DNA of 64,000 bases. Source: Armatimonadota bacterium. GTDB lineage: Bacteria > Armatimonadota > UBA5829 > DSUL01. This document shows, piece by piece, positions 29,504 through 37,632 of this stretch. The notes below the pieces were generated by a model. The model did no database searches and was not told the DNA's origin. It worked only from the letters and a program-made list of their open reading frames with translations. The DNA lies in NCBI GenBank assembly GCA_039811685.1, contig JBDHZC010000002.1:288001-352000 (forward strand), given 5' to 3'. Each line of letters starts with the position of its first letter. The stretch's first letter is position 1. Made by a program: the position numbers and the translations under genes.

Positions 29504-32338
29504 CTACGGCGGATTCACTTCGGTGACCATAGCGCGGTTGCCAAGCGCAGCGCCCTTTTCCAGACCTGTTAGCGCGATGGCGGCACTTCTGGTGTTTTTC
29601 CAGTAGCGCAGAACAAAGTCAACGGCCGCCGCCTCCACATCTTCCGCATTCTCACCCGTAACCTCAAGCACAACCGGCTGTCCCGGCCGAAGGCGCATAA
29701 CACCCTCGGCCTCGCCTTTCAGATCGTCTTTCAGATTCTTTCGGGTGGACTTGTTGGTCCGGGAGGCGACCTGGATTATCAGGCCGGCCGTCCTGAAACG
29801 GTCTGGCGTCTGGTCCGACTGGCACAGATACACACTTTGCCCTGTCGCTGTCTGCAGCGTGTTGCGAATCAGATAAGCCATCTCCAGCTCCAGTACCGGC
29901 GCATCCGGCGCAAACGTCACACACGTGGGCTTGACCCAGTTGATCTGGCTGACAATCTCGGCGCCGCCCTCGTACCTGACAAGGTCTGGAAGCACCGATT
30001 CCTTTTCAAAGCGCGGAGCGCCAGGGTTGGAAGCAATCAGCCAACCATACGCAGACTTGCCCGCGTAGTCTATCCGGACGAAAGCATGATAGGCGCCAGG
30101 CAGATTTTCAGAGAGCGTAAGCCTGACTGGCAGACGGATGCTTTGTCCCGGCTTCACAGACAGCACAGGCTTTCGCGTAAACACCATCTGAAGACCGTCA
30201 AAAGCCTCGGCTGTCAGGCCGATTTGCAGCGTGCGGGCGGTGAGGTTCTTCACGGTGAACTCCGCCGCTGCGGAACCTTTCTGCAACGTCACCTGCGGCA
30301 TGCTGATATCAAGCTCTTTGATCGGGGAATCCGCAGGGGCGTACTTTCTGATGAGTTTCAAGAACTCATAGGTTTCTGGCTTCGGGCAGCGGTCGAGATT
30401 GACGATTTCGTAGTGGCGCACGCCCTGACGGGACACGCGCGGATTTACAGACAGCGTCTCCTGAAAGTGAAACTCGAGAAACTCCGGGATGGCGCGTGGC
30501 TGAAGCATCTCGCCGTAGATGAGCGCAAACCTGCGCGCGCGCTCCTCCGGACTCAGGCGCGTCAACTCTTTCCAGTTGAACTCACCAAGCGTAACCGCTC
30601 TGTCCATCTGTGACGCGTGAGCGCCGACGCCCAACGCCAGAGAGCGGAAAGCCTGCTCATCCCCCGGACCGTGCTTGTACATGTGCAGCCCGACCCGATC
30701 GAAAGGCACTCCAAAGCGCTGAAGAGATTCCCAGACCGCCTGATTTGCCGTACCCGTCAGAAACACTTGAGTCTCCGGCGCCACCTGTTTGACGGCCTTA
30801 TACAGAGAGGTCCAGCGCTCCGGCGCGCCAGGCTGGATGCCTGGAATCAGAACCTCATTCTCCAGCTCTACTCGCTTGACTACGTCTTTGTAGCGTCCAA
30901 CAAGCGTCTGAAGCCAGCTTTGGGAGCCTGCCGTATCAATTAGAGCTCTGAGACCCAGACTCTTGCACTCGGATGTGTAGAAGTCGAGGAATGCCAGCGC
31001 GTTGGCGCGATCCATCTGCCCGAGAAGCTCCAGATGGTGCAGCCGCACCCACTGCATTCCCATCGCCTTGATGATTCGCAGGTCCGTGCGCATCTGTGGT
31101 TTGTAATCCCGCCAGCGCTCCCATTGCGCCGGGGAGAAGGGCCACCAGGTCTCCCGATCCAGCCCCTTTACGCGGTAGTAGTCAAAGTTTTCGGTGAACG
31201 TCGAATACGGAAAGTAGCTCGTGCCGAACTCCACACCGCGCACGCCGAGATCGACCGTGCAACCCATACTGTCCTGAGTCAGCGTCCTGACACCGGCGTA
31301 TCCGAGAAGCTGCGCATCCTGCCAGTTGCCAGACGCTTTCACAGGACGCGCCAGTCGCCACCGCAGAGTCAATGGTTGATCCGGGCGCGGCTGAGTGTAT
31401 TCACTGACGCGGATGAAGCTGGAGGTCGCCTGCTCCGGGTTGGGCCCAGCGATCTCGGAGACAAAGTACAGATCCTCACCGTGCCGGATGACTTTGTCCC
31501 AGACGTAGAAGTGGTTGGCGACAATCCAGTTGCCCTTTTCTGCCTGAGCCATGAACCCCGGAGTCACGCCGTTGATCATGGCGAAGCTCTCTGTGCCCTG
31601 CCGCCAGGAGCACCAGTCTACTCCTCTAACGTACCAGAACTCACGATCCCACTCAGGCGCCTTCAGGCTGTCAAAGTAGCTGCCGTTGTAGCGTGTCTTG
31701 AAAGCTTCAGGAGCCCTCAGGCGCACTCTGCGCACGAAGGCTACGTACGCGGGCTCCGCGGACTCTCTCGTATTTCTAATGCGCGCCGTATACTCAACTG
31801 CTGTCGCGAATGCATTGGCCGTCAAATTAATGCTGTAGCCGGAGACGGAGGCTTTCATCTCAGCCGATGCGCCTGATGCCGCGGGTTGGACTTCGATTGG
31901 GTGGTAGGCAGCAACGACGTCCGCGGTGTCCGCGGAGGTTCCCGGAAGAACAACAAACCCATAATCAACGCGAAGCCGCCCGGAGCCGAAGGGATCGCTG
32001 AGAGCTTGCGCGGGCGTCACCTTCGCGTGAGTCAGACCGGTGGACCGTGCGGACCGTGCAGACTTGATCAACCTTAGCGAGCGCTGAGCCGCCAGTGTAC
32101 CCTCAAAGCGAGCCACTCTGTCTGTAACGAGCGCGTGGGCCGCGGGCGCGGAATACAAGCCATCCGGCACGCTGACAGCAAACTCCAGAGACCCCTCAAT
32201 GGGAGTGTCATGGTTGTTGCGGATGGTGAGCACGGGCTCAGCAGTTGCCGAGTTCGCCGGTGGAAGCACGGCAGCGCCAGTTGCGCTGAACACAACAGCG
32301 GCGGCGAAGAGCTGTATAGAACGGTGTGAGAAAAGCAT
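29504..32338 (-). CDS. Large secreted protein with a probable clan GH-A TIM-barrel domain
   Basis: Signal peptide; DLRIIKAMGMQWVRLH, ELENE (acid/base-like), GLHMY, TLGEF (nucleophile-like). Confidence 0.6.
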   Translation of the reverse strand: MLFSHRSIQLFAAAVVFSATGAAVLPPANSATAEPVLTIRNNHDTPIEGSLEFAVSVPDGLYSAPAAHALVTDRVARFEGTLAAQRSLRLIKSARSARSTGLTHAKVTPAQALSDPFGSGRLRVDYGFVVLPGTSADTADVVAAYHPIEVQPAASGASAEMKASVSGYSINLTANAFATAVEYTARIRNTRESAEPAYVAFVRRVRLRAPEAFKTRYNGSYFDSLKAPEWDREFWYVRGVDWCSWRQGTESFAMINGVTPGFMAQAEKGNWIVANHFYVWDKVIRHGEDLYFVSEIAGPNPEQATSSFIRVSEYTQPRPDQPLTLRWRLARPVKASGNWQDAQLLGYAGVRTLTQDSMGCTVDLGVRGVEFGTSYFPYSTFTENFDYYRVKGLDRETWWPFSPAQWERWRDYKPQMRTDLRIIKAMGMQWVRLHHLELLGQMDRANALAFLDFYTSECKSLGLRALIDTAGSQSWLQTLVGRYKDVVKRVELENEVLIPGIQPGAPERWTSLYKAVKQVAPETQVFLTGTANQAVWESLQRFGVPFDRVGLHMYKHGPGDEQAFRSLALGVGAHASQMDRAVTLGEFNWKELTRLSPEERARRFALIYGEMLQPRAIPEFLEFHFQETLSVNPRVSRQGVRHYEIVNLDRCPKPETYEFLKLIRKYAPADSPIKELDISMPQVTLQKGSAAAEFTVKNLTARTLQIGLTAEAFDGLQMVFTRKPVLSVKPGQSIRLPVRLTLSENLPGAYHAFVRIDYAGKSAYGWLIASNPGAPRFEKESVLPDLVRYEGGAEIVSQINWVKPTCVTFAPDAPVLELEMAYLIRNTLQTATGQSVYLCQSDQTPDRFRTAGLIIQVASRTNKSTRKNLKDDLKGEAEGVMRLRPGQPVVLEVTGENAEDVEAAAVDFVLRYWKNTRSAAIALTGLEKGAALGNRAMVTEVNPP

Positions 32339-32339
32339 G

Positions 32340-32353
32340 GTTGCTCGTGTAAC
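32340..32353. promoter_or_regulatory. Palindromic operator 1 (putative LacI-family site)
   Basis: GTTACACGAGCAAC on the minus strand, between the promoter and ATG 32338. Confidence 0.7.
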
Positions 32354-32364
32354 CTCGTGCGCTC

Positions 32365-32393
32365 ATCGTAATGGTTGGGAGCCAAACTGTCAA
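32365..32393 (-). promoter_or_regulatory. Sigma70 promoter of the GH/MFS operon
   Basis: Minus strand TTGACA-N17-TACGAT. Confidence 0.75.
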
Positions 32394-32458
32394 GGGTTTC
32401 TGCGCTGCGCTCGGAGCTTCCTTGTTCAAAGATGAATCTGTGTCGCCTCTGACAGACA

Positions 32459-32491
32459 CGAGGCCCTCCGAGATGAACTCGGAGGGCCTCG
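32459..32491 (-). terminator. Hairpin after the PEP-CTERM gene (terminator or RNA-stabilising stem)
   Basis: Perfect 14-bp inverted repeat CGAGGCCCTCCGAG/CTCGGAGGGCCTCG; weak U-tract. Confidence 0.6.
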
Positions 32492-32554
32492 CATTAGTGT
32501 AGCTCAACTGCGGCACGCAGTCTCACTGTTCTCGAAGGAGTATGAGAAGCAACA

Positions 32555-33433
32555 CTACTTTCGCCTGACGCGCAGCCTCAAGAGACCGCCAAGGCCGAGC
32601 GCCAGGACTGTGAGAGAAGTCGGCTCCGGTACGATGGTGTTGCTCCACTCAGGATGCTCACCAGGGCCGTAGCCGATCCAGTCAAGATAAAACTCGCCCA
32701 TCGACAACCGCGGAGACGAACCGATGGTGAGCCCATCCAGTCCGGGAGTGCCACCCAGAGCGCTTTCCGTCGCAGAGTTGTTGGACGCGTTGTTGATGAT
32801 CAACGTACCGTCGCGATAGACGTCGAATTTGTATCCGTAGTCGCGCGCAACGATAGTGTAGATATGGTAACCGGTATTATCCAGTCCGGTGACTTCCGCT
32901 CCTGGTCCGGTGACCAGGCCGACGGTCGTCGTGACAACCGCGAGTTTGTCTGGCCTAATGGCAAAACCAATACCGCGGCGTGCGCGAGAGCCGTCCTGCG
33001 CGAAGCTGAGGATGACACTGCGCGTATATTTGGTGTCCGCAAAGCCGGGTGCGCTGGCATCTCCTGTGCGCATACGAAACACAGCAGTCGCAGTTCCAGC
33101 GGTCTCGTTGGGATCAGAGCGAAAGTCACCCGCAGCCGTCGTTGTGCGCAGCCAGGCGCTATTGCCGACAGAATCGTCAGTAGGATCCTCATCAAGAATC
33201 TGAAGCGCCTGCCCCATGCTGGCGCTGGCATCCGCCACGGGGCCGGATGCTGCGTCCACCACCGTGCCGGAGCCCGTTTTGTCCACCCAGTCAGACGAGG
33301 CTTTGATGTCTTCACCCTGAATGACGTACGGCGCAGCTTGGACACGCGAAGAAAGCAGTACACCGCTAAAAGCAGTGTAGAGCAGCCCGAGACTCATCAG
33401 GCCGCGGAAAACTCCTTTGTTCATCTTTTTCAC
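32555..33433 (-). CDS. PEP-CTERM surface protein with a possible lectin/beta-sandwich domain
   Basis: Signal peptide; C-terminal IVPEPTSLTVLALGLGGLLRLRVRRK (PEP, TM helix, basic tail). Confidence 0.9.
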   Translation of the reverse strand: MKKMNKGVFRGLMSLGLLYTAFSGVLLSSRVQAAPYVIQGEDIKASSDWVDKTGSGTVVDAASGPVADASASMGQALQILDEDPTDDSVGNSAWLRTTTAAGDFRSDPNETAGTATAVFRMRTGDASAPGFADTKYTRSVILSFAQDGSRARRGIGFAIRPDKLAVVTTTVGLVTGPGAEVTGLDNTGYHIYTIVARDYGYKFDVYRDGTLIINNASNNSATESALGGTPGLDGLTIGSSPRLSMGEFYLDWIGYGPGEHPEWSNTIVPEPTSLTVLALGLGGLLRLRVRRK

Positions 33434-33558
33434 CTTCCAGAATAGATTGGCATTGCACTCCTCTTTAGCCGGGAGCCTGACAACACCGCGACAGTGTGGA
33501 TCGAGCCTACCTCACAGCGGCCTTCCAGCATCGCGTGCAACCGGGAGCAGAGCGCCAA

Positions 33559-33572
33559 GTTACACGTGTCAC
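33559..33572. promoter_or_regulatory. Palindromic operator 2, at the predicted start site of a minus-strand promoter for the PEP-CTERM gene
   Basis: GTTACACGTGTCAC; minus strand TTGTAG-N17-TATTCT (with TG extension) ends 6 nt before it. Confidence 0.7.
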
Positions 33573-33667
33573 TGAATTAGAATAACACGTCGAGTAAAAT
33601 TCTACAACTGGTAATTTTGCTAAAACGAAAATCTGAAGCCAGACACTTTGCCTGTGAAAGAAGATGC

Positions 33668-33714
33668 TTGACATGGCCCTCATCTGAATGGCACTATTGG
33701 CTTACACGAGTAAC
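33668..33714 (+). promoter_or_regulatory. Promoter and operator 3 for the rightward GH operon
   Basis: TTGACA(33668)-N18-CACTAT with TG extension, then CTTACACGAGTAAC at 33701-33714. Confidence 0.7.
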
Positions 33715-33917
33715 CTGCAAGGCAGGCGAACACCGCTGCGCCGATTGTAGAGGTCGGCTTATGGCGTCGGTAGCGCCACGCAATCCTGACCACGGCGACA
33801 CTGTTGGAAATCTGGCCGCAGGTTGGTGATGGGAAGGCAGGGGCAAATGGTGGAGGAATTGTGTTTGCCCAGGCGCATAAGCGCTCTGAGGGAGATGGTC
33901 TTGACAGAGAGGGAGAC

Positions 33918-35738
33918 GTGCAAATGATGACGTGGAGCGCACTGGTTGTGCTGGGGGTTTTGCTCATGAGTTCTGCCGCGCTGGGGCTACCCGAGATTGA
34001 CGGCTACCCGGGCATGTTGCCGGACGGGCGTCCGTTCATCGCGACGATGTATTACGAGCGCTTCTACGACTACCCTGCCGAGGACGACCTGCTGGATAGA
34101 GACATTGCGGACGTCGCAGACAGGGGATGGACAGTAGCCTTCACTGACTACATTCACCTGTCGCTGGGACCGGTCTGGGACCGCTACTATCAGCAGGCTG
34201 GCAAGAATCACCTCTACGTCCTGCCCAATCAATGGAACGCCGCCTTCCACGCCGGAGGAGACTTCTTCTCACGTGTCACCCTGCCAGTGACGGAGACCGG
34301 AGAAGGGCCCACCGGTTTTTGTATCGGCTGCAATCTGCGCTACAACGACTCCACGTTCTCGCGTGTCATGGTCGAGTACCAGTCGCAGGTGCTGGATCGC
34401 TATATCAAAGATCCGGCCTACACGCGCATTATGGGACGCGATGGCAAGCTGCATCCGGTGATGATCGTTATTTATGAAACGGGGATGACAGACTACGATG
34501 GGCACTGGATAGACTACTCCGAAGGCTCAAAAGAGGCCTGGCGGCGCTACCAGAAGGACACTCTCGGGGAAGTCAAGTGGCAGGAACCGCCAAAGAGTAC
34601 GGACACGGGCCAGCTCGACGCGCTGATAAGCTGGAACGATTTCCGGGCTGAAGACCTGAGCACCGGTTGGAGCCGCGTGTCGCGCGGCCTGAAACAGCGC
34701 TACCCGGACCTCTATACTATGGTCATCTTCCGCCAGCATGGCCTGCTGGAAGGATCAAAAAGCGGCGTGGATGCGGGCGGCATCGGACACAGAGCCATTC
34801 GCCCGGAGCTGTGGGACTCTTTTGACATCATTGGGAGCGAGCACGACGGCGACGACGGCATAGAATACGTGCTGGCCGAAGCCGACCTCATCAAGTCCGC
34901 TGCGGGGGGCCGGATGGGCGCACTGGATTACTACCTGGACTCCGGCTACAAGGCTTACACGGCCAGGCCCGTTGAGTTCCACCGTCCGTGGGGGCAGTCT
35001 GAGATGTTGGGCGTTGTGGCGCTGCGGGGGCTTCTCGCGATGCATTACGGATATAACGAGCGCGACGACCGGGCGGGAATTGCCGCAACTGGAAGGCGTG
35101 AAAGAGGCGCGGAGTTGTGGCAGAAGGCAGCCTGCGAAGAAGCCAAAGAGGCCAACTTCGAGTTTCAGAAGGTCGCCTCATACGTGTACGCCGCTTCGCC
35201 TGCCCCGAGAAAAGCCGCTATCGTTATGCCTTATGAAGCCTACTCTGTGTGCGCTAACGACGAGTTGCCCCTCGACAAAAAGCTGGTAGCGCTGCACCAG
35301 ATCTTTCAGAAGGCAGATGTGCCGGTGGACTGGGTTTTTTCCAGCGCAAAAAAGCTGGAGGATTACAAGCTTCTGATTGTCCCGCAGGCCCGCTATTCGC
35401 CCCGGTTCCAAGGGCTGTTAGAACAGGCAAAGGCGGGCGGAATGAAAATAGTCACAGTTCCGTTTCCCGCACAGCCCGAGGACGGTCTGGCACAGGTGCG
35501 AAAGGCCGTGCAGAGCCTGTGTGGCCAGCTGCGCACGAGTGAGTTTGCCCCCACAGCAGACGTGGAAAGCGGTACACTGGAAGGGATAGACTACACGGTT
35601 ACGGTAGTTGTCAACCACGGTGCGAAACCGGTTAGCTACGATGTGGACAATGCGACAGTCTTTCCTGCGCACTGGCTGAAGGGCAGGCAGCTGTCGGTTC
35701 CGGCGCATCGAAGCGCCTATTTGATTCGACGAAAGTGA
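33918..35738 (+). CDS. Secreted GH42-like glycoside hydrolase
   Basis: Signal peptide after GTG 33918 (GAGGGAG RBS); IYETG...IDYS...W..Y...WNDFRAE; C-terminal KLEDYKLLIVP trimerisation-type segment. Confidence 0.6.
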   Translation: MQMMTWSALVVLGVLLMSSAALGLPEIDGYPGMLPDGRPFIATMYYERFYDYPAEDDLLDRDIADVADRGWTVAFTDYIHLSLGPVWDRYYQQAGKNHLYVLPNQWNAAFHAGGDFFSRVTLPVTETGEGPTGFCIGCNLRYNDSTFSRVMVEYQSQVLDRYIKDPAYTRIMGRDGKLHPVMIVIYETGMTDYDGHWIDYSEGSKEAWRRYQKDTLGEVKWQEPPKSTDTGQLDALISWNDFRAEDLSTGWSRVSRGLKQRYPDLYTMVIFRQHGLLEGSKSGVDAGGIGHRAIRPELWDSFDIIGSEHDGDDGIEYVLAEADLIKSAAGGRMGALDYYLDSGYKAYTARPVEFHRPWGQSEMLGVVALRGLLAMHYGYNERDDRAGIAATGRRERGAELWQKAACEEAKEANFEFQKVASYVYAASPAPRKAAIVMPYEAYSVCANDELPLDKKLVALHQIFQKADVPVDWVFSSAKKLEDYKLLIVPQARYSPRFQGLLEQAKAGGMKIVTVPFPAQPEDGLAQVRKAVQSLCGQLRTSEFAPTADVESGTLEGIDYTVTVVVNHGAKPVSYDVDNATVFPAHWLKGRQLSVPAHRSAYLIRRK

Positions 35739-35745
35739 GACGGGA

Positions 35746-37299
35746 ATGAAGACGGTTTTTCGAACAGCGCTGCTAGGTCTGGCAACACTGGTTATAGCCA
35801 CGGCCTCCGGCGTGGCTCTGGCCGCGCCTCAACCGCTCCGAATCAACCTGACGGATAGCGACGGCAATCCCATCTCGAAGGAAAACATCCGCCGATTTCA
35901 CTGTCGCGACATGTCCGATGAACCGATCGTCACGCGTGTGACACTCAAAAATGGACAGGCTGTCATCGAGTTACCTGCTGAGCCGATACAGGTGTGCACG
36001 CTGTTCGTGGTCCCTGGCTTTGGCGAAGTGGACGTCTATGCAGACAACAGCGGCAAAGGATTCTCCACAGCCAACACAGTGGATTTTGTCGCAGAGGCGG
36101 CAAAGACACGGCGAGAACGAGTCATCAAAGCGGTAAAGGAGGCGAAGCGGGAGCTGTGTCCCATCCCTTCGGCGGTAGAGAAGGCGATCAGCGAATCTGA
36201 AAAACTGGAGCCGTACCCGGCGCTGGCCAGACTGCTCACTGCGGGGGAAGAGATGACGCTTGCCCGGGCCAGATATCGGATTTCGAGGTACGATGGGCCG
36301 AGACAGGGCTTTCTCTTCGGGGCAAACGCTTTCGGCTATCCGGGGCGCGGCCCTGAATATGAGCGGCGGTTCAAAGAGCTGTTCAACTACGGCACTGCCA
36401 ATCTCTACCTCACCGACTACGCTCCCAGCCCGGATAAGCGCAACTTCTCGCTGGCCGACGCGCAGGTTGAGTGGCTCAGATCGAACGCAATGGCAGCCAA
36501 GACCTGTCCGCCGCTTTACTTCGCCCGCTCAGTCAGCCCGGAGTGGATGAAAAACAAGCAGTGGGCCCAGACTGAGAAAACGTGTCACGATCTGATGCTG
36601 GAGGTTACAGAGCGCTACAAAGGCAGGGTTGTGACGTGTGAGATCGTGAATGAGGCCCACGACCTTTCAAATGGTTTGAACCTGACGCAGGACCAGCTTG
36701 TGCGTCTTGCAGACGTGTCCGCCAGAGCGGTTCGTGAAGCCGATCCGAACGTATTGCGCGTCATCAACTGCACCCATCTCTGGGCGGACTACGCATCGAG
36801 GCTTACGAGCGCAGGGCTGAAACGCCGGTCCCCGTACCGCTATCTCAAGGAGTGCATAGACGCAGGCGTGAAATTTGAGATCGTCGGGTTGCAGATGTAC
36901 TATCCACAGTTTGATCTACTGGAGATCGACAGGATGCTGGAGCGCTACGCCTCACTGGGCAAACCCATTCACATCACAGAGATGGCGTGCTCCTCAGCGC
37001 CAGGACTGGACCCGAACGCCCAGCGCCAGGCGGCGACTGCCGGCTGGCACGGGCCGTGGACGGAGGACATGCAGGCAGACTGGATTGTCGCGGCCTACAC
37101 TCTTTTCTACAGCAAGCCCTATATCGGCGCGGTCTCTTACTGGGATCTGCCGGACATCGGCTGCTTCTGGCCTTACGGCGGCATGCTCAGAGGCGATCTC
37201 TCGCCAAAGCCGTCCTATACGCGGCTTCAGAGCTTAATCCGCAGTTGGGGCTATCATTACCTCGACCCGAAGAAAAGCACCTCGACTCCGGCGCAATAA
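35746..37299 (+). CDS. Secreted GH10-like glycoside hydrolase
   Basis: FLFGAN, FKELFNYGT, EIVNEAH (acid/base), GLQMY, KPIHITEM (nucleophile), SPKPSY. Confidence 0.8.
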   Translation: MKTVFRTALLGLATLVIATASGVALAAPQPLRINLTDSDGNPISKENIRRFHCRDMSDEPIVTRVTLKNGQAVIELPAEPIQVCTLFVVPGFGEVDVYADNSGKGFSTANTVDFVAEAAKTRRERVIKAVKEAKRELCPIPSAVEKAISESEKLEPYPALARLLTAGEEMTLARARYRISRYDGPRQGFLFGANAFGYPGRGPEYERRFKELFNYGTANLYLTDYAPSPDKRNFSLADAQVEWLRSNAMAAKTCPPLYFARSVSPEWMKNKQWAQTEKTCHDLMLEVTERYKGRVVTCEIVNEAHDLSNGLNLTQDQLVRLADVSARAVREADPNVLRVINCTHLWADYASRLTSAGLKRRSPYRYLKECIDAGVKFEIVGLQMYYPQFDLLEIDRMLERYASLGKPIHITEMACSSAPGLDPNAQRQAATAGWHGPWTEDMQADWIVAAYTLFYSKPYIGAVSYWDLPDIGCFWPYGGMLRGDLSPKPSYTRLQSLIRSWGYHYLDPKKSTSTPAQ

Positions 37300-37323
37300 C
37301 AGTCAGAAAAATTGCGATTTTGA

Positions 37324-37352
37324 TTGACAATCAGCGGGGCGAATGGTATAAA
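37324..37352 (+). promoter_or_regulatory. Sigma70 promoter upstream of the 900-aa surface protein
   Basis: TTGACA-N17-TATAAA with extended TG. Confidence 0.75.
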
Positions 37353-37475
37353 ATGGATAAGGCTAGGTGCCAGCGCGGGCGATGACAGAGACGTTAGTCC
37401 TCTGCTCCCGCGAAACCCACAAGACTGTTGAGACCATCGACGAAAACTTGGACGATTTTCTGGTTTGTCTCGTAA

Positions 37476-37489
37476 GTTACACGAGTAAC
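37476..37489. promoter_or_regulatory. Palindromic operator 4
   Basis: GTTACACGAGTAAC in the leader of the 37633 gene. Confidence 0.72.
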
Positions 37490-37632
37490 CATAGAGTTGA
37501 CTAAGCTGGAAGCTAGCTAAATTGTGGCTCGAAGGTTCCTGGCGTCGTGAATATAACTGAGATCGGAGCGCCACCGCAGAGTGTGCGTCCGCAGCCTGGT
37601 GACAAATGTTGGCCTCGAGAGGAGGATTCGCT

